Shown here one piece after another: positions 19,568 to 29,497 of a DNA stretch of 64,000 nucleotides; positions within the stretch are counted from its first letter, which is position 1, and each line of letters opens with the position of its first letter. Source of the DNA: Oligoflexales bacterium (lineage in GTDB: Bacteria > Bdellovibrionota_B > Oligoflexia > Oligoflexales > JAPPIL01); the NCBI GenBank assembly GCA_965215515.1, contig OZ244057.1, positions 384,001 through 448,000 of the forward strand, read 5' to 3'. Under the pieces are notes generated by a model. That model made no database searches, was not told where the DNA came from, and saw only the letters and a program-made list of their open reading frames with translations. A program made the translations under genes and the position numbers.

Positions 19568-20533
19568 CTATTTATTCAACAGCTCCTTAAATTTTTTCGT
19601 CAGCAACGGGACAACTTCGAACAGATCACCGACGATGCCATAGCTGGCGATGGTGAACACGGGTGCCTCCTCATCGGTGTTGACGGCAACGATGACTTTG
19701 GAAGTGCGCATCCCCGCCATGTGTTGCACCGAGCCGCTGATCCCGCAGGCTATGTAGAGGTTGGGATTGACGGTTTTGCCCGTCTGTCCCACCTGCATGT
19801 CGTGCGGAGCATAGCCTGAATCGACTGCAGCCCGCGACGCACCGACGGTGGCGGAGATAACCTCCGCACACTCGTGCAGAATCTTAAAATTATCAGCACT
19901 ACCCATCGCCCGCCCGCCAGAGATAATCGTAGGTGCTTCAGTCAAATCAGGTTTTTCGCTCGTGCCTTGGCGTATCTCTTTGGTCACCAGTGACACGTCG
20001 GGAAATTTGACCACCACTTCCTTAACCTGTGGGGTATCCGTACCGCTCTGTCGCGCAGGAGGAAAGACATTGGGACGCAAAGCCAAGATACCCAGCGGAG
20101 TACAACACAACTTCATCTGCGCCAAACACTTGCCCGCGTACAGCGGTTTCAACGCCTGCACCTCGTCGCCACTGACCTCCGCCTGCACAGCATCGCTGAT
20201 CAGGCCACAATCAAGCCGTGCCGCCAACCGTGCCAACAGATCACGCCCCAAAGGCGAAGCGATACCCAGCAATAACTGCGGCTCACAAGCCGCGACCACT
20301 GCCTGCATAGCTGTCGCCCAGTGTAGCGGGTTGTATAACTCCAGTACCTCGGCATCGACGAGGTGCAACTTGCCGATGCCATACCCTCGCAGCTGTTCCA
20401 CTAGCCCGCCGACATCCTTGCCGAGCAACACCGCATGCAGTTCGCTGCCGAGTTCCTTGCCCTTCGCCAAAGCCTCGTGCGTCGATGCCTTGATCTTGCC
20501 CGCACGTTGTTCAATGAATACCAGTACCCTCAC
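19568..20533 (-). CDS. etfA: Electron transfer flavoprotein alpha
   Basis: GASRAAVD, QVGQTGKTVNPNLYIACGISGSVQH. Confidence 0.97.
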   Translation of the reverse strand: MRVLVFIEQRAGKIKASTHEALAKGKELGSELHAVLLGKDVGGLVEQLRGYGIGKLHLVDAEVLELYNPLHWATAMQAVVAACEPQLLLGIASPLGRDLLARLAARLDCGLISDAVQAEVSGDEVQALKPLYAGKCLAQMKLCCTPLGILALRPNVFPPARQSGTDTPQVKEVVVKFPDVSLVTKEIRQGTSEKPDLTEAPTIISGGRAMGSADNFKILHECAEVISATVGASRAAVDSGYAPHDMQVGQTGKTVNPNLYIACGISGSVQHMAGMRTSKVIVAVNTDEEAPVFTIASYGIVGDLFEVVPLLTKKFKELLNK

Positions 20534-20544
20534 GCCGCCTCCCC

Positions 20545-21318
20545 TTAGATAACCTTCGCCTCTTCCCGCAACGAACGCACTACCTCTGTCACCATCTCCT
20601 CCAGCGGTCTGTCCTTCAACAACTTGCCTGGTGGTTTCTCAGGCGGATACTGATAGCCAGTAATCTTACTCTTGGCTGCGCTAGCCTTGACCCCCAAATC
20701 CGCTACTGTCAACACCGCCAGCGGTTTGCGTTTAGCCTTCATGATCCCAGGCAACGATACGTAGCGCGGCGAGTTCAAGGCCTTGTTCGCTCCGACGACG
20801 AGCGGTAGCGGTGTTTCGTAGATCTCCAGCTGCCCGCCCTCGACCTCACGCTCCACCGTAACCATGCGCTCGACGAAGGTTAGCTTGTTGACCACATTGA
20901 CATGCGGCCAGCCGAGATACTCAGCCACCATAACCCCGACATGCATATTGTCGTCGTCAATACCCTGCTTGCCACAGAAAACAAGATCAGGCTGCTCCTT
21001 CGCCACCGCTTTGGCCAACACCCTGCTAACACCGAGCGAGTCACACCCTGCATCGGCTGTAATGAGCATGCCACGATCCGCCCCCATCGCCAAACTGCGC
21101 ACGATAATCTCACGACTAGCCTCCGTGCCGTAACTACAAGCGATAACCTCGCCTGTGCCGAGCTTCTCCTTGATCTGCAACGCCTCCTCAATGGCAAACT
21201 CATCGTAAGGATTGAGAATAAACTGCATACCCTCGTCATCAATCTCCTTACCGTCGGCAGACAACTTGATATGCGCCTCCGTATCGGGAGTACGCTTCAA
21301 CAACAACATGATTTTCAC
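20545..21318 (-). CDS. etfB: Electron transfer flavoprotein beta
   Basis: KRTPDT, LNPYDEFAIEEA, AMGAD, GKQGIDDD, PRYVSLPGIMKAKRK. Confidence 0.97.
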   Translation of the reverse strand: MKIMLLLKRTPDTEAHIKLSADGKEIDDEGMQFILNPYDEFAIEEALQIKEKLGTGEVIACSYGTEASREIIVRSLAMGADRGMLITADAGCDSLGVSRVLAKAVAKEQPDLVFCGKQGIDDDNMHVGVMVAEYLGWPHVNVVNKLTFVERMVTVEREVEGGQLEIYETPLPLVVGANKALNSPRYVSLPGIMKAKRKPLAVLTVADLGVKASAAKSKITGYQYPPEKPPGKLLKDRPLEEMVTEVVRSLREEAKVI

Positions 21319-21510
21319 CAGAACTCCCCCCTTCCAACACGGCAGGCCGCCACCATAACAATAAGCTTTACTCAAAACAAGCGCTTTGGACGGCGGGAAA
21401 ACATCTTGACTTTTTGCGTTATTTAAATAATCTCCCCTTGCCTACCTGTCGCTAGCCGCGGATAATAGACGGAAGCGATACCATGTTAAATTTAGGAGCG
21501 AAGCGAGACT

Positions 21511-21924
21511 ATGAGTAGCGATAGCGAAGCGTTGACCCAACGAGAGTTGGACGAATTCAAGCGGCAACTTCTGCAAGCAAGACAAGACATTCTCGACAAA
21601 GCGAAGCAGGCGGTAGTCAGTGGTAACATTCATCTCGACAAGAACGAGATGATGGACGAGGTCGACCTCGCTTCCGCGACCGTCGAGCAAAACCTTACCT
21701 TCAGGTTGTTGGATCGCGATCGCAAGTTGTTGGCGGAAATCGATCACGCACTGAAAAAAATCGACAACGGCACATACGGTGTTTGCGAGGGTACGGGCGA
21801 GCTGATACCCAAGCAAAGACTAGAGCTGCGCCCCTGGTGTCGGCACAGCGTACGCTACAAAGAAAGAGTCGAGAGAATGCGGGTTGCAGGACGAGGTGTC
21901 TCGGACGAAGAGGAACTAGGTTGA
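21511..21924 (+). CDS. dksA: DksA/TraR-family RNA polymerase-binding factor
   Basis: DEVDLA (DxxDxA) tip; DRDRKLL..IDHAL..YGVCEGTGELI..RLELRP. Confidence 0.88.
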   Translation: MSSDSEALTQRELDEFKRQLLQARQDILDKAKQAVVSGNIHLDKNEMMDEVDLASATVEQNLTFRLLDRDRKLLAEIDHALKKIDNGTYGVCEGTGELIPKQRLELRPWCRHSVRYKERVERMRVAGRGVSDEEELG

Positions 21925-22025
21925 GCCTCCGTCCACGTTGCTGAGCGTTACCACCCTTCCCGTAAGGATAGACAAGTGCACAGCGATGGTGCTATCCTAC
22001 CCCTCGGTACGCTGAAGGGGGTGTT

Positions 22026-22799
22026 GTGTCATCAAGGCCGTTGCTAGAAATCACCGATCTACGGGCAGGTGTCGAGGGACACGTGGTACTGCGTGACCTC
22101 TGCCTGACCATCAACGCAGGCGAAGTGCACGTTATCATGGGGCCGAACGGCTCGGGCAAAAGCACCCTAGCAGGCGTGCTGGCGGGGAACGCGGCCTACA
22201 CGGTGGAGGCGGGGCAAGTTACCTACTACAAGGATGGCAAGGCTCTCGATCTGCTCGCGCTGGATGTCGATGCCCGTGCCCGCGCGGGACTGTTCCTTGC
22301 TTTTCAGTACCCCACCGAGATTGCGGGTTTGAGCAATGCGGTGTTTCTACGCGCTGCCTTCAATGCAATCTGCGCCGAACAGGGGCGACCACCCCTCGAT
22401 GCACTCGATTTTGATGATCTGTTGCAGGAAAAAGCACGCCTGTTGCAGATGGACAAAGGCTATATCTACCGTCCGCTCAACGCGGGGTTTTCGGGCGGAG
22501 AAAAAAAACGCAACGAGATTTTGCAGATGGCAGTGCTTGCCCCGCAACTGGCAATCCTCGATGAAATCGACTCTGGACTCGACATCGATGCACTGCGGGT
22601 AGTGGCTGAGGCTATCAGCAGTTTGCGTTCTGAACACAACGCTGTCGTGTTAATCACGCACTATCACCGTATTTTGAACTTCATCACTCCGCAACACGTG
22701 CATATCATCCAGCGCGGCCGCATCGTTGCCAGTGGTGGTAGCGAGCTGGCACGACGCACCGAGCAACAAGGCTATGAACAACACCACCACAGCCAATGA
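22026..22799 (+). CDS. sufC: Fe-S assembly ATPase SufC
   Basis: GPNGSGKST, FLAFQYP, GFSGGEKKRNEI, DEIDSGLDIDAL. Confidence 0.96.
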   Translation: MSSRPLLEITDLRAGVEGHVVLRDLCLTINAGEVHVIMGPNGSGKSTLAGVLAGNAAYTVEAGQVTYYKDGKALDLLALDVDARARAGLFLAFQYPTEIAGLSNAVFLRAAFNAICAEQGRPPLDALDFDDLLQEKARLLQMDKGYIYRPLNAGFSGGEKKRNEILQMAVLAPQLAILDEIDSGLDIDALRVVAEAISSLRSEHNAVVLITHYHRILNFITPQHVHIIQRGRIVASGGSELARRTEQQGYEQHHHSQ

Positions 22800-24069
22800 C
22801 CACAGCCGTTTCGTTACCCCTGCGCTGACCCGCAGACATGACGATCCCAGCTGGCTGCGCGACAAACGTGCCGTACTGCGACGGCGGTGGCAAGCGACAC
22901 CTCCTCCCACTTTGCGCAGCGAAGCCTACCGCTACACCAACCTCAAACCCCTACTGGCAGAAAACTTCGGTATCGTGACGGGTGAAAGCACAGTGGCTAC
23001 CGCGGATTACGAGGCCTTGCTACATACCGACGAATACCGTTGTGTGATCGCCGAGGGTGAGTTCGTCGTGGGAACAAATTCCTTGCCTACAGGAGTGCAG
23101 TGCCTGAGCCTGCGACAAGCCATCGCTAGCGGTACAGTATCCGCGGCCGCCCTACAATTGCAAACAGACGAGGATTATTTACAACTGCTCACCGACGTGT
23201 GTTTCTACGACGGTATCTATGTGCAAGTCGCAGCGGGAGTGAGACTCGACCGCCCCCTGCATATCATTTTCGTCAACGGCGCACGTGCGGCACACAACGC
23301 TATGTTCAGTCGCAATGTGATTAGGGTCGAAGACCAGGCCACGGCGCACATTATCGAAAGCCACTACGGCACGATTGCTGCCAGTTATCTGGCACAGGTA
23401 CGTACTATCGTGCACGTGGGGGCGGGTGGTGATTGTGCGTTGGCCAAATTTCAACACGAAGGCACAGAAGCTTACCACTACAGTGCGGTCAGTGCACGGC
23501 AAGAGCAAGACTCGCATTTTAGTTTGCTGAACATATCTTATGGCGGTAAGTTGGCGCGTCTCGACAGCCACATCGTCCAGCTTGCCGCGGGGGCGTGCTG
23601 CGATTTCCGCACCCTGTATCTAGGCAAGGCACGGCAGGTGCTCGACAATTATTCACACGTCGAACATCTCGATGAAGGCGGCACAACCCGCCAGCACGTG
23701 CGCGGTATCGTGCGTGAACAGGCACGGGGGATATTCTCAGGCTGTCTCAATGTTCCACGGCAAGCACAGCGCACCGATGCCACCCAGCTGACCAAGAACC
23801 TGCTGTTCGGAAAAGAGTGTGCGGTGTACATCAAGCCGCAGTTGCGGATTGAGGCTGACGATGTGCAATGTTCGCACGGTGCAACTTCTTCTCGTATCGC
23901 CGCTACCGACCTTCATTATCTGGCTAGCCGCGGCATCGACCCCTCTACCGCCGCACAACTGTTGTGTCGTGCACATGTGGAAGAATTGTTGCAAGACTTG
24001 CCGATCGCTACGGCGCAGCGCTTTTTTGAGATGGTGTTAGCTGATTTTTTGCGAGAACAAGAGAAGTGA
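22774..24069 (+). CDS. sufD: Fe-S assembly protein SufD
   Basis: EAYRYTNL, GIFSG, QRTDATQ..NLL, KPQLRIEADDVQCSHGAT, YLASRGI. Confidence 0.9.
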   Translation: MNNTTTANDHSRFVTPALTRRHDDPSWLRDKRAVLRRRWQATPPPTLRSEAYRYTNLKPLLAENFGIVTGESTVATADYEALLHTDEYRCVIAEGEFVVGTNSLPTGVQCLSLRQAIASGTVSAAALQLQTDEDYLQLLTDVCFYDGIYVQVAAGVRLDRPLHIIFVNGARAAHNAMFSRNVIRVEDQATAHIIESHYGTIAASYLAQVRTIVHVGAGGDCALAKFQHEGTEAYHYSAVSARQEQDSHFSLLNISYGGKLARLDSHIVQLAAGACCDFRTLYLGKARQVLDNYSHVEHLDEGGTTRQHVRGIVREQARGIFSGCLNVPRQAQRTDATQLTKNLLFGKECAVYIKPQLRIEADDVQCSHGATSSRIAATDLHYLASRGIDPSTAAQLLCRAHVEELLQDLPIATAQRFFEMVLADFLREQEK

Positions 24070-25244
24070 TCATCGGTCTGGAGCGTTTGCATGCCGATCC
24101 ATCGTTGGCTGTCTCGTGGGGACGGTGTGGTCTGTTGTGCAACCAGGCTTCGGTGACGGCTGACTTCATCCCCGCGTGGCAGGTGTTGGCACGTAGTGCG
24201 ACACTCACCTGCCTGTTCAGTCCGCAGCACGGCTTGGAGGCGACGGTGCAGGATAACATGATGGAAACTCCGCACGGGCAACATGTGCCGACGGCTGTGC
24301 CGATTTACAGTCTCTATCATCAGCAACGTGTCCCGAGCGCGGCGATGGCGGCACAGCTGGATACTTTCGTTGTCGATTTGCAGTTGACGGGCACTCGCAT
24401 TTACACCTTTAAGTATACGATGGCCGCGGTGTTGCGGGCCGCGGCACGTTATGGCAAGCGAGTGGTGGTGCTCGATCGCCCCAATCCGCTCGGTGGGGTG
24501 CGTCTTGAAGGGCGAGTGCTGCACCCTGCGGTCAAGTCTTTTGTCGGTGAATACGAGATACCGATGCGGCATGGGTTGACGACAGGTGAGGCGGCGCGCT
24601 TTTTCAACGTGACGATCGGGGCGGAGCTGGCGGTAGTCACTTTGCACGATTGGCAACCTGAATATCTGTGGCAGCAATTAGCGCGACCGTGGGTACTGAC
24701 TTCGCCTAATATGCCGACTGCGGAGACGGTGTCGGCGTTTGCAGGTCTGGTGTTGTTGGAGGGCACGAATGTTTCCGAGGGGCGTGGGACATGTTTGCCG
24801 TTTCAACTGCTCGGGGCACCGTGGTTTAACGATGGGGAGCGGTTGGTGCGACGTATGCACGACCTCTATCCTGCTATGGGGGGAGTGTATTTGCGTGCCA
24901 CCCAGTTCATGCCGACCAACCAAAAGTGGCGGGGACAAGTGTGCCACGGCTTGCAGGTGCACATCATCGATCCCGCCCAGGCTCGTATTTTTCGCGTCGG
25001 TATCGCCGCGCTACGAGCTTGCCTTGAGCTAGGAGGAGAAAACTTCCACTGGCAGCAACCGCCTTACGAATACGAGTACGAAAAACTACCGATACGACTG
25101 CTGCTCGGTGACGCTAGTGCCGATCGCATGTTCGCGGCGGCTAGTTTTGAGGTGGAAGCAGATTATTGGCACAGTGGACAAGAAAGCTATCGCAGCGCGG
25201 TTGCTCCGCACTTGCTTTACGAGCGACGGATGTTGTGCTCTTAG
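24066..25244 (+). CDS. Exo-beta-N-acetylmuramidase NamZ (DUF1343) family
   Basis: LFSPQHG, SLY, DLQ..GTRIYTF, LDRPNP, RHGLTTGE, TSPNMP, EGTNVSEGRGT. Confidence 0.92.
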   Translation: MIIGLERLHADPSLAVSWGRCGLLCNQASVTADFIPAWQVLARSATLTCLFSPQHGLEATVQDNMMETPHGQHVPTAVPIYSLYHQQRVPSAAMAAQLDTFVVDLQLTGTRIYTFKYTMAAVLRAAARYGKRVVVLDRPNPLGGVRLEGRVLHPAVKSFVGEYEIPMRHGLTTGEAARFFNVTIGAELAVVTLHDWQPEYLWQQLARPWVLTSPNMPTAETVSAFAGLVLLEGTNVSEGRGTCLPFQLLGAPWFNDGERLVRRMHDLYPAMGGVYLRATQFMPTNQKWRGQVCHGLQVHIIDPAQARIFRVGIAALRACLELGGENFHWQQPPYEYEYEKLPIRLLLGDASADRMFAAASFEVEADYWHSGQESYRSAVAPHLLYERRMLCS

Positions 25245-26203
25245 GAAAAAGCTGAGTTCCTCACCCCTGCATGCATGATACAGTCGCGGCCTCTGTTTTT
25301 GGCCTGGTAGAGGAGTTCGTCGGCGGCGCGTACGAGTTCGCTGCTATCTTCTTTGGCTAGTTTGTCGCTGCCTGTGAAGGTATGGATGCCGAGGGAAGCG
25401 GTGATCCGCACTTTGAATTTGTCGAGCACGAAACGGCTGTTGCGGACGGAGTTGGCAATCCTCGTGGCCAGTGATAATGCGCCTTTGGCACTTGTGTGGG
25501 GTAGCAGGATGACGAATTCGTCCCCACCATAGCGGGCGGCGATGTCTTCGCTGCGCAGCTGTTGTTTAACCTTTGCTCCTACCTGTGCCAGCACGTACGA
25601 CCCCATGATGTGGTTGCAGGAATCGTTGACGCGTTTAAAGTGATCGAGGTCGAGCATGATGACCGAGATATCGTAGTGGTAACGGCAGGCGCGGGAGTGT
25701 TCTTCGTTGAGGCGATTGGTGAAAAAACGCATCGTGTGTAGCCCTGTCAGTTCGTCAGTGATGGTGAGGTGGGCGAGTTTTTTGTTTTCTTCTTGCAATT
25801 TTTTCTTTGACAGTGCCAGTTCGTCGGTAATTTTTTTGATGCGTAGGTTGGTTGTGATGCGAGCTTTCAGTTCTAACAGCGAACAGGGCTTAGCAAGGTA
25901 ATCGTCAGCACCTGTCGACAGTCCGACGACGAGGTTTTCCCGTGAAGAGTTGCCACTCAAAAAAATTATGGCGACGTAAGGTCCTTCTCTGGTGAGTGCC
26001 CGCATCCTGCGACAGATTTCGATGCCTGTCTGTTGCGGCATATCGACATCGAGAATGACCACGTCGGGCTTGAAAGCGACGAACAGCGTCAGCGCGGCAT
26101 CGCCGTCTTGTGCTGTCTTTACCTCGTAGTCATTGCCCAGCACGCTGAGGTAGAAAGCACAGACATCGTGATCATCATCAACTATCAGCAGTTTGTTCTT
26201 CAA
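25241..26203 (-). CDS. Response-regulator diguanylate cyclase (REC-GGDEF)
   Basis: LLIVDDD, ILDVDMP, DDYLAKP; TDELTGL, DLDHFKRVND, RSED I-site, RYGGDEF. Confidence 0.95.
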   Translation of the reverse strand: MKNKLLIVDDDHDVCAFYLSVLGNDYEVKTAQDGDAALTLFVAFKPDVVILDVDMPQQTGIEICRRMRALTREGPYVAIIFLSGNSSRENLVVGLSTGADDYLAKPCSLLELKARITTNLRIKKITDELALSKKKLQEENKKLAHLTITDELTGLHTMRFFTNRLNEEHSRACRYHYDISVIMLDLDHFKRVNDSCNHIMGSYVLAQVGAKVKQQLRSEDIAARYGGDEFVILLPHTSAKGALSLATRIANSVRNSRFVLDKFKVRITASLGIHTFTGSDKLAKEDSSELVRAADELLYQAKNRGRDCIMHAGVRNSAFS

Positions 26204-26909
26204 GTCCTGCCTGCTGCAAACGCATAACTTCGTACAGCATAAATTCTATTGCTGTAACCGAACGCACGTTAATCACGGGTGCATCGTTCTGTGCGATACT
26301 TAGCTGGAGAATTTCAGTTTGCAAAAATTCGTACAGTGTTTTCTTGTCGAGGTCGGTCTGGCTTTTCTGTCCCGCAACGACGATAGCCAGTATCTGCGCT
26401 GACAAAGTCGGGGCACGCCACTGTTGCTCACGGAAGAAAAAACGCCCCGCCTTCGTTATACTGAAATGCGGGAGATATGCAGTGATGCGTTGCCACAGAC
26501 CGTGATGATGATGGTGATTGCAGGCAGCACTTTTCCCGAGCATCTGTATTACTTTTTCCTGGTGTAATTTACGCACTGTCAGTAGCACACTGGTGGTGGT
26601 CAGGGCGAGCAGTCCCCACCTTATCTTCTGCCAGAGGGCGGCGCTGTGTGTGGCATGGTCGGCTTTGGTCTGCAGGCGCTGTTGCAGAAGTTCAAAATCT
26701 TGGCTACGCAAACCTTCGGTGTTGAGCGGTCGGCAGGCGGACAGTCGTTGTGCCGTCATCGCTGACTGTGCTTTGTAGTGGCAACGGGCAAAAAAATAGT
26801 AGCCGTCACGGTAGGTTGTTTTGATGGCGTAGTCACCACCATCGGTCAGCAGTGCGTATAGCGGCGAGGTGAGTAGCAATGTAGAAATAAAAAGTAGTGT
26901 TGTTCGCAT
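26178..26909 (-). CDS. Hypothetical secreted/membrane protein
   Basis: Signal peptide, one TM helix, His5 run. Confidence 0.55.
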   Translation of the reverse strand: MRTTLLFISTLLLTSPLYALLTDGGDYAIKTTYRDGYYFFARCHYKAQSAMTAQRLSACRPLNTEGLRSQDFELLQQRLQTKADHATHSAALWQKIRWGLLALTTTSVLLTVRKLHQEKVIQMLGKSAACNHHHHHGLWQRITAYLPHFSITKAGRFFFREQQWRAPTLSAQILAIVVAGQKSQTDLDKKTLYEFLQTEILQLSIAQNDAPVINVRSVTAIEFMLYEVMRLQQAGLEEQTADS

Positions 26910-26918
26910 GTAGGCTTC

Positions 26919-28223
26919 TCATTTTTTAGTGGTTATATTCAAGATAAAATCGTGTTCGGCAAATTTAGCGATGTGCTGTGACATAAGCGTGGTGGCGCTG
27001 ATCTGAAGGGCGAAGATGCGCTGCAAGTCAGCGAGCAGTGCTTGCAGTGAGTGTTGGGTCAATTTGGCTGGTTGCTGGAAATTGAGTAGTACCGTGTCGC
27101 GGTGACTGTTGTCGAGCACTTGTGTAATGACGATAAGTTTTTTCAGATACAGCGCTAGGGTGAGCACATCGCGCTGCAACGCACCGAGCTGTCCTTGTAG
27201 TTGGCGGTAGTTGGCGGCTGGCAGGGTGCCGTCTTGCAGGCGTGCGCCGAGATGACTGAGGTGCAAGGCGATCAGGGTTTGGGCGGCGGCGATAGTGGTG
27301 GTGACGAAATAGACCCGTCGTTGTTGCTGAGTGTGGGTGAGTTCGCGTTGGATGTTTTGCCACATCGGTGTGGTGTCGGAGTTTGTCAGCGGTTGTGTCT
27401 GTAGCAGTGCCGCGGCGATGACGGGGCGTAGTGGCGACGACAGCAGGCGTATCAGCACGGTATCGTCCAGTTCGTCAGCGATGTCTGGGGTGATATTTTT
27501 GCTGTGTACTTCTTCGCCTGCGATGTGCCAGATTCCGTGAGGAAAACGCTGCTGACTCCGCAAGGCCAGCTTGAGGCGACTGTCCAGGGTAAGCGCATCG
27601 CCGCCGAAGGTCATGCTGTGGCGGAGGTTACGGTAGAGGGTGTGGGTGAAGTTGAGGGTACCGAAGTAGGCGACTTGAAACAGCGGGCAGATGGTATGCA
27701 GCGGTCCGATGAGCATCGGCTCGATAACTCCTTCGGTGATGGCGGTGTAGGGTAGCCAGGTCAAGCCGACGAACACGGCGCTGAGGATACCGCGTTCGTG
27801 GTAGAGGCGGTGGAGAAACCCTCGTGCCCGTTGGCTGGTGTCACGCCACCAGGTGACTTGGGTCAGTTTTTTTGCGCTCTGTAGATGGGTGTGTAGTTCC
27901 TCCGTCCAGGCGTGTTGGGTACGTAGGTGATCTCGTGTTCTAGCGGTGTCGCCGTACAGGAAGCAGGCACGACAGACTTGGTAGAGGTTTGTGCCTTGCA
28001 GACGTGGTGGCACGAGGTGGGCGAGCCAGGCGTACACAGGGAGGTCGAGTACCTGTCGTTTGGTTTGTAGCTGTAGCCAGTTGGTGGCCGCGAACCAGTT
28101 GTGTTCTTGTCGGTAGGCGGCATGAATCTGTTGTAGGTCTGAGCTGAGCTGGTCGGCACTCTTTGCCAGTGCAGGTAACAACAGCAGTAGCAAGCAGGGG
28201 GGCAGTTGCATCAGTTTTCGCAA
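26919..28223 (-). CDS. Hypothetical secreted/membrane protein
   Basis: Signal-like N-terminus; internal hydrophobic segment. Confidence 0.55.
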   Translation of the reverse strand: MRKLMQLPPCLLLLLLPALAKSADQLSSDLQQIHAAYRQEHNWFAATNWLQLQTKRQVLDLPVYAWLAHLVPPRLQGTNLYQVCRACFLYGDTARTRDHLRTQHAWTEELHTHLQSAKKLTQVTWWRDTSQRARGFLHRLYHERGILSAVFVGLTWLPYTAITEGVIEPMLIGPLHTICPLFQVAYFGTLNFTHTLYRNLRHSMTFGGDALTLDSRLKLALRSQQRFPHGIWHIAGEEVHSKNITPDIADELDDTVLIRLLSSPLRPVIAAALLQTQPLTNSDTTPMWQNIQRELTHTQQQRRVYFVTTTIAAAQTLIALHLSHLGARLQDGTLPAANYRQLQGQLGALQRDVLTLALYLKKLIVITQVLDNSHRDTVLLNFQQPAKLTQHSLQALLADLQRIFALQISATTLMSQHIAKFAEHDFILNITTKK

Positions 28224-28343
28224 GATTGAACCTCATGCTCATGGCGCGGGGGTCCTCGGCTTTGGATAGAGCCGAGGGCGAGGAGTGAGGAAAACAGAAC
28301 TCATCTCGTATGTCAAGTTTAATCATTGCGGTGCGAGGCGCAC

Positions 28344-28397
28344 TGTAGATGCCCCCGTAGAGAGCGGACACCCTATCGTCTTCTAACAATTCACGTA
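28344..28397 (+). repeat. Dispersed IS-end-like motif, copy 3; left arm of an inverted pair with 35412-35427
   Basis: TGTAGATGCCCCCGTAGAGAGCGGACACCCTATCGTCTTCTAACAATTCACGTA. Confidence 0.75.
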
Positions 28398-28426
28398 CAG
28401 GAGTGAGGAAGCAGGGGTATAGTTCA

Positions 28427-29485
28427 CTATTCTTTTTTCAGTTCACCCCAGGTGGTGGTTTGTTTGCCTTGTGCTTTAGGGAGGGCGGCGATGCGGGCAG
28501 CGAGGCGTACCATTCTGAACTGGCGGGCAAAATCGAGGGCGGTGTACCCGTCTTTGCTCTTCAGGAAGGGGTTGATGTCCTGATGCTCGATGAGTTTAAT
28601 CACTAAGTCATCGAAGCGGTTTAGTATCGCGTGGTGCAGGGCGGTCAGACCGTCTTTATCCTGGGCGTTGATGTCGATGTCAGGATCGTACTTAAGCACC
28701 TCGAGTGCCAAGTGCTTATGTCCCTGCTTGAGTTCAAAGATCAGCGGATACTTGGGGCGACAACCCATGGGATCCTCCTCTAGTTCGTATTCAGGGAAGA
28801 AACAGTTCTCTAGCGGTAATCCTTCGTGCACATGTTTGTAGAGCCAGACGATGCCGTTGATGTCGTCTTGGCCGAGATCGCCAATCTTATTCACAAAATG
28901 TGAGTGTGAACTCATTATGGAAGCGGGCTGTGTGCCCTTAGTGCTAGGTAAACCGCCTGTGCTAGGGCCTGGCTTGCCCTTGTAGGTGTCGGAGAGACCG
29001 AAAGCATGCCCAACTTCGTGGATAAGGTTGTTCATAAAGATTGCTGTCCTCATGCCGCGACGCATGTTGATGACAGGGCGATTGTCCCTCAGTTGGGCAT
29101 TGGAGGTATCAAAATTACAGTGGAAAATGACCCGCAGATCTTCGTCGTGGGGGCGGGGAACGGCGACGCGCTGAGAGCGGAAATCTTCAACGATCGGCTT
29201 GTCAGTGTAGTCGCGCAATGGCTGCAACCAGGCACGTAAGGCTTTGCCGATGGCGGCGGTAAGTGCCTCGTCGTTATCCCTTTCCTCGGGCGGACAATTG
29301 TCACCGTAGGTATAAGCGATGTCCAGGTGCGGCGCGTGCACCTTATTGATGAGCTGACCATCAAGATTAAAACCTTCCCGCCACCAGCGATGTTGCTGCG
29401 CGATAAACTTCGTATCCGTGCTCTGCGGACGCACTATGCAGGACAATAACAACAGAGCGAACGACAAAAAAAGTGAGTGTCTCAT
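28427..29485 (-). CDS. Lipoprotein: metzincin-like Zn protease + ankyrin repeats
   Basis: LLSC lipobox; HEVGHAFGLSD and SIMS Met-turn; DINAQDKDGLTALHHA and KDGYTALDFA ankyrin repeats. Confidence 0.85.
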   Translation of the reverse strand: MRHSLFLSFALLLLSCIVRPQSTDTKFIAQQHRWWREGFNLDGQLINKVHAPHLDIAYTYGDNCPPEERDNDEALTAAIGKALRAWLQPLRDYTDKPIVEDFRSQRVAVPRPHDEDLRVIFHCNFDTSNAQLRDNRPVINMRRGMRTAIFMNNLIHEVGHAFGLSDTYKGKPGPSTGGLPSTKGTQPASIMSSHSHFVNKIGDLGQDDINGIVWLYKHVHEGLPLENCFFPEYELEEDPMGCRPKYPLIFELKQGHKHLALEVLKYDPDIDINAQDKDGLTALHHAILNRFDDLVIKLIEHQDINPFLKSKDGYTALDFARQFRMVRLAARIAALPKAQGKQTTTWGELKKE

Positions 29486-29497
29486 GAGCGTATCCTC

